Shown in pieces: positions 33,278-43,818 of a stretch of DNA of 64,000 nucleotides. This DNA comes from Chloroflexota bacterium (GTDB lineage: Bacteria; Chloroflexota; Dormibacteria; Dormibacterales; Dormibacteraceae): assembly GCA_005883575.1 (NCBI GenBank), contig VBFH01000036.1, forward strand, positions 2,523-66,522. The letters run 5' to 3'. The notes beneath the pieces are model-generated. The model saw nothing but the letters and a program-made list of their open reading frames with translations, was not told the origin of the DNA and made no database searches. A program made the translations under genes and the position numbers. Within the stretch, counting starts at the first letter, position 1; each line of letters opens with the position of its first letter.

Positions 33278-36200
33278 CCCCATACGTCGAGCTGCACTGC
33301 CACTCCAACTTCTCATTCCTGGACGGCGGCTCGCATCCCTATGAGCTGGCCATGCGCGCGGCCGAGCTCGATGTGCCCGCGCTCGCGATCACCGACCAAG
33401 GCGGTGTTTACGGCGCGGTGCGCCACCTCCAGGCATGCCGAAAGGTGGGCGTCAAACCCATCATCGGGAGCGCACTCGAGGTCGACGGCGAAGAGTTGAT
33501 CCTGCTCGCGCGCAACCTGCGCGGCTACTCGAACCTCTGCCGCCTCCTCAGCATCGCCCACGCCGACCAGCCCAAAGGCGAAGCCCGGAGCACGCTCGCG
33601 AAGGTCGCCGAGCATCGCGGAGACCTCTTCTATCTCAGCGCCACTGACAGCGAAAAGCGGCTGCGCGACCTCCAGGAAGCGCTCGGAACGGAGAGCGTCT
33701 TCAGCGAACTGCACCACCACATGCGCCCAGAAGACCAGTGGGTGCTCGAAGGTCGGGCATCGACAGCGAGACGTTGCGGCGCACGCATGGTCGTGACCAA
33801 CCAGGTTCATTACCACGTCCCCGCACGCAGCCGGATGCACGACGTGCTGGTCGCGATTCGTCACCGCGCCACCCTCGAGGACGCACGGCCTCGCCTTTTC
33901 CCGAACTCGGAGCACCACTTGAAGGGCGGGGCGGAGATGCGCCTTCTCTTCCAGGGCCATGCCGAGGCGCTGGCCACGCCGTGGGAGATCGCGCAGGAGT
34001 GTGACGTCGACCTCGACTTTCGCAAGGTCAGGTTTCCTGGATACCCCGTGCCCGCCGGAGAGACGCCGTTCTCCTTTCTCTACAAGCTTTGCTTCGAAGG
34101 CCTCCGCGAGCGATACCGGCCGATTACTTCGATGGTCACACGCCGCTTGCAGCACGAGCTGGAGGTGATCGAGAAGACGGGGCTCGCCGAGTTCTTCCTC
34201 ATCAACTGGGACCTGATGCGCTTCGCCCGCGACCACGGTGTGCCTGGGCAGGGCCGAGGCTCGGCCGCCGACTCGATCGTCGCCTACGTGCTTGGCATCA
34301 CGCGCGTCGACCCGATCGAACACAACCTTCTCTTCGAGCGATTTCTGCACGAGGAGATGACCAGCACACCGGACATCGACATCGATTTCTCGACCGAGCA
34401 TCGCGAGCAGGTCATCCAGTACATCTACCAGAAGTACGGCTGGGAACGGACCGGCATGGTGTGCAACGTCGTCACCTTCCAGCCCCGAATGGCGATCCGG
34501 CAAGTCGGCAAGGCGCTGGGTTTTTCAGCCGAGCTTCTGGACCGGCTGGCCAAGGGCGTCGACCGCTGGTTCACAGAAGACGTCGAGGACTCGATGATGG
34601 GAGCGGTTCCTCCGCCCGAGATGAGGCCCCAGAGCTGGCAACAGTTTCTGGAGCTCTGCCGCGAGGTCATTGAGTTTCCTCGCCACCTGTCGATTCACAA
34701 CGGAGGCATGCTCGTCACGGGCGAGCCGCTGGTCGACATCGCACCTGTCGAGCCAGCGACGATGGAGGGAAGACGCGTTGTCCAGTTCAACAAGGACGAC
34801 GTCGAGGACCTCGGCCTGATCAAGATGGACATGCTCGGGCTGCGCACCCTTTCGGTGGTGGCCGAGGCGCTGGATCTGATCAAAGACACGACCGGTGTCC
34901 GCCCCGACCTCGATCAGCTGCCGTTGACTGACCCCGCGGTCTTCGAGATGTGCGGCGAGGCGGACACCATCGGCGTGTTTCAGATCGAGTCCCGGGCGCA
35001 GATGCAAACCCTGCCGCGGACCAGACCGCAGACGTTCAACGACCTGGTGGTCGAGGTGGCGATCATCCGGCCGGGACCGATCCAGGGTAACGCCGTGCAT
35101 CCCTACATCCGCCGCAAGCAGGGACGCGAAACCGTCACCTATGCGCACCCACTGCTGGAGCCGATCCTCAAAGACACACTTGGCGTGATCCTCTATCAGG
35201 AGCAGATCATCGAGATCGCGATGCACGTCGCCGGTATGAAACCGGGCCGCGCGGATGGGTTTCGTCGGGCGATGACCCGCCACCTCAACCGCGTCGAGAT
35301 GTCGTCGCTCGAGGACGAGTTCGTCAACGGCTGCCTGGCGAATGATGTGCCGCGCGAGGTTGCAGACCAGCTCTTCGCCGCGGTTCAAGGATTTGCCGTC
35401 TATGGCTTCTGCCGCTCGCACGCGGCTGCGTTCGCGCGCACGTCGTACGAGACGGCCTGGATGAAGCTGCACCACCCGGTGGAGTTTGGCTGCGGCCTGC
35501 TCAACAACCAGCCGATGGGCTTCTATCACCCGAGCGTGCTGGTCGAGGACCTCAAGCGCCACGGCCTGAAGGCACTGCCTGTCGACATCAACCGCTCGGA
35601 CGTGCGCTGCCTGCCCGAAGCCCTCCCGCCGCCGCCCCCCAGATCGACAGACTTGGCCGAGGGCCCTCCCTCCTCCGTGGCCGCCCTCCCCCGCCTGCCA
35701 ACCGATTCCAGCGTACTGACGGCGTCAACCGTGCCTGTTAATACTGACTACGCGATGCGCATCGGCTTCAACTACGTACGCGACCTGGGTGAAGATGGGC
35801 GCAAGGCCATCGTCAACGAACGAGAGCAAGCAGGCCCCTACAGATCCTTCGACGATTTCCTCGGCCGCCTCCGCGGCGGCCCGATCGGCCCCCGCGCCGT
35901 CCGCAACCTGGTCATGGTCGGCGCTTTCGACGCACTCGGTCAACCAAGGCGGGAACTACTCTGGGGCTGGCAGGAGCGCTGGCATGGCACCGGCCTGCGC
36001 AAGGGCATGGACAAGCAGCCCGAGCTGCGCCTCAACGGCACCGCTCCCTCCTTACCGCACATCGACGACTTCGACGCCAACCAGCTCGAATACCGGATCT
36101 CCGACCTCTCGACAGGCCACCACTTGATCCATTTCTGCCGCGACCGCCTCCAAGCGGTGGGCGCGCTGGAAACGAAACAGCTGCCAAAGATCCGCAACAA

Positions 36201-36480
36201 CCAGCCTGTCCGCGTCGCCGGCCTCGTCATCACGCGCCAGGCTCCCGCGACCGCCAACCGGATCCGCTTCTTCACCCTCGAGGACGAGTTCGGTCAGGTC
36301 AACGTGACCATCAAGCCGGAGATCTACGAGCGCTACCGCCGGGTCGCCAACCGCCAGCCAATCCTCATCATCGACGGGGTGATGCAGCGCCAGGACGGCG
36401 TGCACTCGGTGCTCGCGAGCCACATCGAGGCATTGAGCGGCGTCCCCAGACCCGCCCAGCGCTCGCATGACTATCGATGA
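33274..36480 (+). CDS. dnaE2: Error-prone DNA polymerase III alpha-like subunit
   Basis: The ATG at 33274 gives MTPYVELHCHSNFSFLDGGSHP (PHP domain). Also carries the FERF...PDID.DF palm motifs, and the position after imuA-imuB fits. Confidence 0.9.
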   Translation: MTPYVELHCHSNFSFLDGGSHPYELAMRAAELDVPALAITDQGGVYGAVRHLQACRKVGVKPIIGSALEVDGEELILLARNLRGYSNLCRLLSIAHADQPKGEARSTLAKVAEHRGDLFYLSATDSEKRLRDLQEALGTESVFSELHHHMRPEDQWVLEGRASTARRCGARMVVTNQVHYHVPARSRMHDVLVAIRHRATLEDARPRLFPNSEHHLKGGAEMRLLFQGHAEALATPWEIAQECDVDLDFRKVRFPGYPVPAGETPFSFLYKLCFEGLRERYRPITSMVTRRLQHELEVIEKTGLAEFFLINWDLMRFARDHGVPGQGRGSAADSIVAYVLGITRVDPIEHNLLFERFLHEEMTSTPDIDIDFSTEHREQVIQYIYQKYGWERTGMVCNVVTFQPRMAIRQVGKALGFSAELLDRLAKGVDRWFTEDVEDSMMGAVPPPEMRPQSWQQFLELCREVIEFPRHLSIHNGGMLVTGEPLVDIAPVEPATMEGRRVVQFNKDDVEDLGLIKMDMLGLRTLSVVAEALDLIKDTTGVRPDLDQLPLTDPAVFEMCGEADTIGVFQIESRAQMQTLPRTRPQTFNDLVVEVAIIRPGPIQGNAVHPYIRRKQGRETVTYAHPLLEPILKDTLGVILYQEQIIEIAMHVAGMKPGRADGFRRAMTRHLNRVEMSSLEDEFVNGCLANDVPREVADQLFAAVQGFAVYGFCRSHAAAFARTSYETAWMKLHHPVEFGCGLLNNQPMGFYHPSVLVEDLKRHGLKALPVDINRSDVRCLPEALPPPPPRSTDLAEGPPSSVAALPRLPTDSSVLTASTVPVNTDYAMRIGFNYVRDLGEDGRKAIVNEREQAGPYRSFDDFLGRLRGGPIGPRAVRNLVMVGAFDALGQPRRELLWGWQERWHGTGLRKGMDKQPELRLNGTAPSLPHIDDFDANQLEYRISDLSTGHHLIHFCRDRLQAVGALETKQLPKIRNNQPVRVAGLVITRQAPATANRIRFFTLEDEFGQVNVTIKPEIYERYRRVANRQPILIIDGVMQRQDGVHSVLASHIEALSGVPRPAQRSHDYR

Positions 36481-36498
36481 GCCGCATCATGTTCGATC

Positions 36499-37200
36499 AT
36501 GTCCCGCGAGCACTGGGAACGTCAGGCCTCGAACTGGGCGGCTTGGGCGCGGACGCCTGACTTCGACGAGTACTGGAAGTACTCACCCGCATTCTTTGAG
36601 CTGGTGCCGCCACCGCGGGGCCGTACCCTCGAGGTCGGCTGCGGCGAGGGCCGCGTCACCCGAGACCTCGCCCGGCTGGGCCATCGCGTCGTCGCCGTTG
36701 ACCCCGTCGCAGCGCTGATCCGACTGGCGCGCGAGACCGACGCAGACAACGATTACCTGCGATGCGATTCCGCAGCCCTCCCTTTTGCTGATGGAGCATT
36801 CAACCTTGCCGTCTTCTACAACTCCTTGATGGACGTCGACGACATGGAAGCCAGCTTGCAGGAAGCTGCCCGGGTGCTGCGCCCCTCCGGCACACTGTGT
36901 GCCTGCGTCACGCACCCCATCGCTGACGCGGGACGGTTTGAATCGCGCGATGCCGACGCCACATTTCTCATCGAGGGCAACTACCTCGGGCCAAGGCGGT
37001 GGCTCGAGCTTCCGCTCGTGCATCGCGACGGCCTGAGCATGGACTTCTCGGGTTGGGCATACCCGCTGGAGGCTTATTTCCGAGCTCTGGAAGATGCGGG
37101 ATTCGTGGTCCAGTGCTTACGAGAACCGCCTGCAGCTGACGAGGACCAGCGCTGGCGTCGGCTGCCGCTCTTCCTCATGTGGCGCGCGGTCAAGTCCTAG
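36499..37200 (+). CDS. Class I SAM-dependent methyltransferase
   Basis: TLEVGCGEGRVTRDL...VVAVDP...LRPSG. Confidence 0.8.
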   Translation: MSREHWERQASNWAAWARTPDFDEYWKYSPAFFELVPPPRGRTLEVGCGEGRVTRDLARLGHRVVAVDPVAALIRLARETDADNDYLRCDSAALPFADGAFNLAVFYNSLMDVDDMEASLQEAARVLRPSGTLCACVTHPIADAGRFESRDADATFLIEGNYLGPRRWLELPLVHRDGLSMDFSGWAYPLEAYFRALEDAGFVVQCLREPPAADEDQRWRRLPLFLMWRAVKS

Positions 37201-37301
37201 AAAGACCTTACTTTCTGTAGCCAGCCGAGGGGCATTTGCGCCAAGCTATTCAGCTAGACCGAATTTCATCGCAGCAACCCCAGAGGAAAAACCCCCAAGA
37301 A

Positions 37302-37880
37302 ATGTCGATCGCCCGAGAAATCGAAGACATCGCCCGCGACCTGATCAAGCATCAGCATGACCACCCGCCGGTTCGCGACCTCAACCGCGACGCCGAGCGC
37401 CGCCTAACCTTCGCCGACCGCGTCGCCGCCGACTTCTCGCGCCTTGTCGGCAGCTGGCTCTTCGTTCTGGTCCAGCTCGCGATCATGGTGGTCTGGATCG
37501 GGCTCAACGCCTTCAACCTCATCAGGCCCTGGGACAGGTACCCGTTCCTCTTCCTCAACCTGATCCTCAGCCTCGAGGCCGCGGTCTGGGTCTCCGTCGT
37601 GCTGATGGCGCTCAACCGCCAGTCCGACCGAGACCGGCTGCGAGCGCAACAGGACTACGAGCTCAACGTCAAGGCCGAGGAGGAGCTTAAGGCGCTGATG
37701 AACCACCTAATGCACCAGGACGAGATCCTGCTGCAGATCGTCAACCGGCTCGACCGCGGCGACCGGGAGATGAAGCGTCTGGCCCGCCGGCTCGAGGACG
37801 CACTCGAAGCAAGCAAGCAGGCGGCCGCCGCTCAGCCCGCTGCCGCCGAGCGCCCGCAGATCAGCGTCCCCGCGCCATAA
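37302..37880 (+). CDS. DUF1003-family membrane protein
   Basis: TFADRVAADFSRLVGSW.F...WI.LN......WD.YPF..LNL.LS.EA......V.M..NRQ is the DUF1003 signature as I recall it. The ATG at 37302 is preferred over the TTG at 37236. Confidence 0.75.
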   Translation: MSIAREIEDIARDLIKHQHDHPPVRDLNRDAERRLTFADRVAADFSRLVGSWLFVLVQLAIMVVWIGLNAFNLIRPWDRYPFLFLNLILSLEAAVWVSVVLMALNRQSDRDRLRAQQDYELNVKAEEELKALMNHLMHQDEILLQIVNRLDRGDREMKRLARRLEDALEASKQAAAAQPAAAERPQISVPAP

Positions 37881-37887
37881 TCGGGGT

Positions 37888-37925
37888 CCCCGCGAAGTCA
37901 CGGCAGAGCCTCTGACTTCGTGGGG
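37888..37925. terminator. 13-bp hairpin between convergent genes
   Basis: CCCCGCGAAGTCA-(12 nt)-TGACTTCGTGGGG, starting 8 nt after the DUF1003 stop. One G-U pair and no clear U-tract. Confidence 0.5.
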
Positions 37926-38064
37926 TAAAGACAGCAGCTTCGAACCAAGCTCGCGCACAACCGCGCCGACGAGATCGACGTCCTCATCACGCGCGCGCCC
38001 GTGGACCACCGCCGGCCGGAACGCGACCTTGCCCGCGAAGTTCTCTTCGCGATCGTGCTTCGAG

Positions 38065-40014
38065 TCAGGCATTGCCGACACGGTACACGGCATACTCGCC
38101 GTCGTCGTACACCTTCGTCCCGTGCACGTCCCAGTAGGCGCGGCTGGCGCCGCGTGGTATCTCCTGGGGACCGATCATCACGTAGTCGATGCCGTACTTA
38201 CGCACCAGCTCGGGCGTGGAGGGATCGCCGGCGAGAATGCGCTTGTCGTCTGCTTCTTTCTGCACGTAGTCGGCGAGCCCGTAGGTCCACAGCCAGCCCG
38301 GATACCCGACGAGCTCGCGGCGACCGGCGAGGGTCGGGATGGGACTGTTGTGCTCGTCGGCGACGGCAAATACGGCGGTGGGATTGGTGTGCCCGCGCAC
38401 CCAGTTGGCGACCTTCAGCCCGCCCCGATCGGTGAACTGGACGCTGCTGATGCTGAAGTCGGAAGCCCGGGCCAGGTCGAGAAATCCGGAAAGGCCCAGC
38501 AGGATCATGACCACGACCGCCACGACGGCGGTCGCGGGATGCCGCAGCATTGCAGCAAGCACGCCACCGGCGAGGATGCTGCCGAGCAGGGCCCAGAAGA
38601 TGAAGAACTTGGTGTTGTCCCAGACCCAGGGCTGGAGCACGACCAGGTTCGGGACCAGAAACCACAGCCAGACCGGCGCAAACCACAGCGGAAACGCGGT
38701 CGGGAACCAGCGCACCATAGCCTGGCCGGCGATCACAAGGGGAAGCAGCAAGGACGTGTTCCACAACCAGAACCAGATCAAGTCCGGCACGAAGTAAATC
38801 GCGCCGTGGCGCTGCCAGTCCGTGAACGACAGCCATCCCGGCTCAATGCAGTAGCCGGCGATCGAGGGCAGGTCTCCGCAGATGCTCGTGTTGTCCGGAG
38901 GCCACATCCAGACGAGGATGGGAACCCCGATCACCAGCGCCGGGACAAAGAATGCGATCCATTCCCGGCGGCGGTTGAAGAGCGCCCAGAACGCGGGCAG
39001 CGCAACCACCGTACCCCACGCGTGGACGTGGAAGACCGGCAGCGCTCCCGCCGCGAGACCGGCGAACAGGAACGGACGCCAGCCGAGGTGCTCGCGCAGC
39101 GCAATCCACAGAAAGAGCAGCAGGACGAGCGCGAGGCTGAACCCGAACAGCGTCGAACGCTGCGGCACGAGGTACGCGAGCACCGGATTGAGCCACTGCA
39201 GGTTGACGTCGCGATTCAGGGTGTACTCGCGCGGGAGGTGCACCAGGGCCGAGAGTCCGAAATGGCCGAGATCCCCCAGCAGGTAGACGAAACCCAGTCC
39301 GCCGCTGAGCAGAAACACGAAGACCGCCGTCGCCGCGGCGGCTGGGCCGCCGACGAAGCGCACCGCCGCGAGGTACAGCACTCCGGGGAGTGCAATTCCC
39401 AGCATGCCGCTGGTCGCGGTGAGCGCTTCCGTTAGCGACAGGCCGACCGGGATCAGGTCGGCAGCGAGGAAGTCGATCATGAACGGATAGCCGAGGCGAT
39501 GACCCGTGTCGATCGGAAACTCGGGCGGAAAGTTGTGACCGTAAGCGAACGAGCCGGCAAAGCTCAGGTGCGCCGCCCAGTCGCCCCAGATGTTGACGTA
39601 GCCGGCGTACAGCCCACTCGGCGTGTAGACATACGCCTGGTGGAGCAGGTGAGCGGTCCAGACGCCGCACGCGAGCGTGACCGCGAGCAGCGGCCACGGA
39701 TGGCCGAGGCTCCGCCACGACTCGTTCCAGCGCACGCTTGCGTCGTTCCAGTCCCTGGCCGGCTGCGCGCCGCCTGAGACAAATCCGACCGCGCCGATCG
39801 CGACGGCGATCGCCAACCCCCCGACCACGGTAGGCAGCGTCAGGTCGTGGACCACGAGCGCGGGCAAGAAAGTGGTCACAGACACCGCCGCGGCACCGAG
39901 CACCAGGCCGAACACCAACCGCTCTTCGAGGGTCAGCGCGATGCCCGTCAGATATGTGATCCCGAAGCCCGCCGCCGCGCAGGCGGCTAGGAAGAGCGCG
40001 GCTGCTAACGGCAC
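38065..40014 (-). CDS. Large polytopic membrane protein with a C-terminal soluble domain, possibly a GT-C-type glycosyltransferase
   Basis: 649 aa with more than 12 hydrophobic segments. Lies immediately downstream of the PMT gene in the same orientation. The functional assignment is inferential. Confidence 0.7.
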   Translation of the reverse strand: MPLAAALFLAACAAAGFGITYLTGIALTLEERLVFGLVLGAAAVSVTTFLPALVVHDLTLPTVVGGLAIAVAIGAVGFVSGGAQPARDWNDASVRWNESWRSLGHPWPLLAVTLACGVWTAHLLHQAYVYTPSGLYAGYVNIWGDWAAHLSFAGSFAYGHNFPPEFPIDTGHRLGYPFMIDFLAADLIPVGLSLTEALTATSGMLGIALPGVLYLAAVRFVGGPAAAATAVFVFLLSGGLGFVYLLGDLGHFGLSALVHLPREYTLNRDVNLQWLNPVLAYLVPQRSTLFGFSLALVLLLFLWIALREHLGWRPFLFAGLAAGALPVFHVHAWGTVVALPAFWALFNRRREWIAFFVPALVIGVPILVWMWPPDNTSICGDLPSIAGYCIEPGWLSFTDWQRHGAIYFVPDLIWFWLWNTSLLLPLVIAGQAMVRWFPTAFPLWFAPVWLWFLVPNLVVLQPWVWDNTKFFIFWALLGSILAGGVLAAMLRHPATAVVAVVVMILLGLSGFLDLARASDFSISSVQFTDRGGLKVANWVRGHTNPTAVFAVADEHNSPIPTLAGRRELVGYPGWLWTYGLADYVQKEADDKRILAGDPSTPELVRKYGIDYVMIGPQEIPRGASRAYWDVHGTKVYDDGEYAVYRVGNA

Positions 40015-40039
40015 CGCGAGGGCGTTCCTGGCCGGGCCT

Positions 40040-41794
40040 CTAGTTCCAACAGAAAAGCTGCGGCTGCGATGGGGGCAAGTTGGGGTGGCAGTTGATCAGC
40101 CAGATCTTGGGACCCCACGGAGGCGTGCCAGGTCCTTCGAAGTAGGCGGCCTGCGAGATCGGGACGGCGGTCCACACCGGATAGAAGTAGCCGAAGAAAA
40201 GCACCGCGGTGGCGAGGTGCGCCGCGACCAGCAGCTCACGCCCGGGCGGCCGCAGCTTCTCAGCGAGGTGCGCAAGCACAAAAGCCAGCGCCAGGATCAT
40301 GAAAATCAGGCCGCCGAACATGTGGTACATGAACAGCACCCGTGTGATCAGGAACCAGACCGCGTACTGGCTGATGAATCCCAGCAGGATCAGACCAGCG
40401 AGAAAGCTGCGGTGCCGGACGGTGAAGTACGGAAGCGCAGCCACGCATGGCAGGCTCGTCCACCAGATCCATGGGTTGCCGAGGTTTGACATTCGCGAGA
40501 TGAGCGGCTGGCCCGACCAATGGTCGATGCCGAGGTTGGTGTACTCCGCGTAGTACAGAACCGGCCTGGCGAGAAATGGCCAGGACCACGCCGGCGATCC
40601 GTACGGATGGGTCGCCTTGAGGTTCTTGTGGTACTCGTACGCTTGGAGTTGATAGTTGACCAGGTCGGCCAGGTTGTGGAACTGGCCGCGGGCGAAGAAC
40701 GGATACCACGAAAGGATGTATATCCCCAGCGGGATCACGATCAGCGCGATGACCGCAACCGCCAGGTAGGTCGGCCAGAAAACGTCCGCCACCCTTGGAC
40801 CTTCGCCGCGGCGCCAGGAGAGAAACGGCCAGCCGGCTGGTCCGAACTCGATGTTCAGGCTCCGCAGCAAGATGCGAAGCACCAGGAAGAGAACGATGCT
40901 GGCCCACGCCGCGAGCACGATCCACTTGGCGGCGATCCCAATCCCCAACACCGTTCCGAGCGCAAGCAGCGAAACCATCGACGCATTGAAGGAGCGGCTC
41001 TGGATGTGGACCATGAACAGGAAGTAGGCGCAGAGAATGAAGAAGATCGGAAAGATGTCGATCATTCCGATGCGGGACTGGATGAAGAACATGCCGTCGA
41101 AGCACACGAGCGTGGCGGCAGCGATCGCGAACAGACGGTTTGGCCATAGACGCCTCGCCAGCAGATACATCATCGGGATGCACAGGGTGCCGAACAGGCA
41201 TGCCGCAATGCGCCAGCCGAAGGTGTTGTAACCCAGATCGACGTAGTCGCCTTTGGCCCCCTGGAAGTTGGCCCGGAACCATCCGTAGCCGACCTCGCCC
41301 ACGGCGATGATCTCCTTCGCCAGCGGAGGCTCAGGGTCGAAGTAGTTGAAGCGACAAAGCACCGTTGTGGGCCGGCATTGCTCTATGCCCTTGACGTCGT
41401 TGTAGGCGTCGGCCGGGAAATAGACCTCGTCGAAGACCTGTCCGTTGGGCGGCGACAGCTGCCCGTTCACGTCGGGATAGCCGCGGTTGAACGGGTAGGC
41501 GAGCCCACAGATGGTGCCGGCGTGACCTTGCGCATCGATCGGTGTGCTCGACACGCAGTTGGTGATCAATGGGCCCTGAAACGGATGCAGGAAGAAATCG
41601 GGGAGGATCGGGCCGAAAAATCGCAGCAAAAACGCGACGGCGGTGAGGATGAGCAAGGCGGCGACGTCGATACCGTCGATGTATGTGCGAAGAACGCGAC
41701 TTTCGCCGGACGCGATCAACGGCGCTTTTTGCGCCGCCTGGCTCCTCCCTGGTTCTGACCGAGTCGCTCGGGCAGGTGCGAGCTGATCTCCCAC
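40040..41794 (-). CDS. pmt: Protein O-mannosyltransferase (GT39, PMT family)
   Basis: Loop-1 acidic motif FDEVYF and multi-pass GT-C topology, with a C-terminal PMT_4TMC-like region. An alternative TTG start at 41719 forms a TTGA overlap with the upstream stop. Confidence 0.85.
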   Translation of the reverse strand: MGDQLAPARATRSEPGRSQAAQKAPLIASGESRVLRTYIDGIDVAALLILTAVAFLLRFFGPILPDFFLHPFQGPLITNCVSSTPIDAQGHAGTICGLAYPFNRGYPDVNGQLSPPNGQVFDEVYFPADAYNDVKGIEQCRPTTVLCRFNYFDPEPPLAKEIIAVGEVGYGWFRANFQGAKGDYVDLGYNTFGWRIAACLFGTLCIPMMYLLARRLWPNRLFAIAAATLVCFDGMFFIQSRIGMIDIFPIFFILCAYFLFMVHIQSRSFNASMVSLLALGTVLGIGIAAKWIVLAAWASIVLFLVLRILLRSLNIEFGPAGWPFLSWRRGEGPRVADVFWPTYLAVAVIALIVIPLGIYILSWYPFFARGQFHNLADLVNYQLQAYEYHKNLKATHPYGSPAWSWPFLARPVLYYAEYTNLGIDHWSGQPLISRMSNLGNPWIWWTSLPCVAALPYFTVRHRSFLAGLILLGFISQYAVWFLITRVLFMYHMFGGLIFMILALAFVLAHLAEKLRPPGRELLVAAHLATAVLFFGYFYPVWTAVPISQAAYFEGPGTPPWGPKIWLINCHPNLPPSQPQLFCWN

Positions 41795-42324
41795 ACCACG
41801 GCGTCGGCGTCGGGCACCGGGATGGCGATGATGTCCTCGTTCATCAAGCGGGCGCGAAACAAGCCGAGCTTTTTCTTGATGGCCGCGAGCTCGGACTCAT
41901 CGCCGCGGAGCTTCATGAAGACTGCGGGCTTGTCGATGTGCTGCTTCATGATCGGCGCGATCATCCGGCTCCGGCGCTCCTGGAAGTGCTGCCGCAGTGG
42001 CAGCGCCTTGACCCATTTGATGGAGTCGTAATCGATGACGACGTTCGAGAACATGCTCGAGATCCGGACGCCTTCATCGAGCATCTGGACGTGACTTCGC
42101 CACCGATACAACAGAATCACGCCACCTAGCGCGAGACCGGTCGGGATGTAGACGAGCCAAACCGCAAACCCCGGCGAGAAAAGCTGGCCCTCGTAGATCG
42201 CGATCCCCGTGGCGACGATTCCGGCCGCCAGCAGCAGCCCGGCGAAGAAGCGCTGCTGCAGCCAGAGGTGATGCGCGTACAGGTTCTGATGCCGGACGCG
42301 ACGTGTGGGTTCTGCGGTGCTCAA
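41716..42324 (-). CDS. Hypothetical membrane protein (2 TM plus a cytoplasmic domain)
   Basis: Two hydrophobic helices, then about 110 aa of soluble sequence. Starts 3 nt after the glpK stop. Confidence 0.6.
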   Translation of the reverse strand: MSTAEPTRRVRHQNLYAHHLWLQQRFFAGLLLAAGIVATGIAIYEGQLFSPGFAVWLVYIPTGLALGGVILLYRWRSHVQMLDEGVRISSMFSNVVIDYDSIKWVKALPLRQHFQERRSRMIAPIMKQHIDKPAVFMKLRGDESELAAIKKKLGLFRARLMNEDIIAIPVPDADAVVWEISSHLPERLGQNQGGARRRKKRR

Positions 42325-42327
42325 GGA

Positions 42328-43818
42328 CTATTGATTATCGGGTAGCTCTTCATGAGGCAGCTCCCAGGAACGGCTTCGTTCCACTGCCCGACGCCAGCTC
42401 GACTGCATCGAATCCGCCTGGTCGCGCGACATCCGCGGTTCGAACTCGCGGTCGAGCTTCCACAGGTTGGCCAGGTCGGCCTCGTCCCACAGGCCCGCGC
42501 CCAGGCCGGCGAGGAAAGCGGCGCCGAGCGCAGTCGTCTCGGTGTGCCGGGGACGCCGGACCGGGATTCCGAGCAGGTCAGCTTGAAGCTGGCAGAGCAC
42601 GTCCATCACCGCAGCGCCGCCGTCGACCCGAAGCTCCTTCAGCCGTTCGCCGGTGTCGCTCTCCATCGCCTCCACGACGTCGCGGGTCTGGAACGCCATC
42701 GACTCGACTGCCGCGCGGACGATGTGCGCGCGGCCCGTCCCACGGGTCAAGCCGACGATGGTGCCGCGTGCATAGGGGTCCCAATGCGGCGCGCCGAGGC
42801 CGACGAAGGCAGGCACGAGGAAGACGCCGCCGGTGTCAGGCACGGAAGAGGCGAGCGGTCCGGCTTCGCTTGCGTTCGCGATGATGCCGAGGCCGTCGCG
42901 CAGCCACTGCAGCGCGGCCCCGGTGGCGAAGATCGCGCCTTCGAGCGCGTAGCTCAGCCTTCCACCTCGCCGCCACGCGACGGTCGTGAGGATGCCCGAC
43001 CCGGAGGCGACGCGGCGGCCACCTGTGTGCATGAGCACGAACGAGCCCGTGCCGTAGGTGTTCTTGGCCATTCCGTCGGACGTGCACGCCTGGCCGAAAA
43101 GCGCGGCTTGCTGGTCGCCGGCGATCCCCGTGATGGGGGCCCCAACACCAAACGAGGCCGGGTCCGCCATTGAGATATCACCGCTCGAGTCGACGACCTG
43201 CGGCAGATTCGTCAGGGGCACGTCGAAGAGCTCGGCCATCTCCTCGCTCCACGCGCCTCGCCCAATGTCGAAAAGGAGAGTTCGCGAGGCGTTGGAGGCG
43301 TCGGTGACGTGGTCCCGACCTGATGACAGCCGCGTGATGAGCCAGGAGTCGATGGTGCCGGCCGCGGCGTTCGACGCACCCTCGACGTGCTTCGTCGCCC
43401 ACGCGAGCTTGGTCGCGGTGAAATACGGATCGAGGACGAGCCCGGTGGTCTCCTGCACCCGCTGCTCGTAGCCGGCTTCGCGCAGCCGCCGGCAATCGTC
43501 GGCGGTGCGGCGGTCCTGCCAGACGATCGCGGGCGCGATGGGCTCGAGCGTGCGCCGGTCCCACAGCACGAGCGTTTCTCGCTGGTTGGTGATGCCGATC
43601 GCGCGCACATGGCGTGCCGTCACGCCTGCCGCCCGCAAAGCCTCTCGCGCGCTCGCCTGCACCGCCGACCAGATCTCGTTGGCGTCGTGCTCGACCCAGC
43701 CCGGCCTGGGGTAATGCTGCGTGATCTCGGAGTAGCCCTTGCCGAGAACATCGCCGGCTTGATCACCGGTGCCAACTACGACCGCGGTAGCGCCGGTCGT
43801 GCCTTCGTCCAGGCTCAG
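42328..43818 (-). CDS. glpK: Glycerol kinase (FGGY family). The start codon is non-canonical or unresolved.
   Basis: The ORF-track start at 43662 is internal. Upstream in frame reads VVLSLDEGTTGATAVVVG...HYPRPGWVEHDANEIW, which is the conserved GlpK N-terminus, with no ATG/GTG/TTG. The CTG at 43818 overlaps the larE stop (CTGA). Confidence 0.8.
   Translation of the reverse strand: MSLDEGTTGATAVVVGTGDQAGDVLGKGYSEITQHYPRPGWVEHDANEIWSAVQASAREALRAAGVTARHVRAIGITNQRETLVLWDRRTLEPIAPAIVWQDRRTADDCRRLREAGYEQRVQETTGLVLDPYFTATKLAWATKHVEGASNAAAGTIDSWLITRLSSGRDHVTDASNASRTLLFDIGRGAWSEEMAELFDVPLTNLPQVVDSSGDISMADPASFGVGAPITGIAGDQQAALFGQACTSDGMAKNTYGTGSFVLMHTGGRRVASGSGILTTVAWRRGGRLSYALEGAIFATGAALQWLRDGLGIIANASEAGPLASSVPDTGGVFLVPAFVGLGAPHWDPYARGTIVGLTRGTGRAHIVRAAVESMAFQTRDVVEAMESDTGERLKELRVDGGAAVMDVLCQLQADLLGIPVRRPRHTETTALGAAFLAGLGAGLWDEADLANLWKLDREFEPRMSRDQADSMQSSWRRAVERSRSWELPHEELPDNQ

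Noticed and set aside
37707-38093. A 128-aa minus-strand ORF in the gap between the DUF1003 gene and the GT-C-like membrane protein gene. Its N-terminal part (FAGKVAFRPAVVHG...) vaguely recalls an SDR N-terminus.
   Set aside because: It runs through the strong hairpin and into the DUF1003 gene on the opposite strand. It has no Gly-rich dinucleotide motif. At best it is a degraded remnant.
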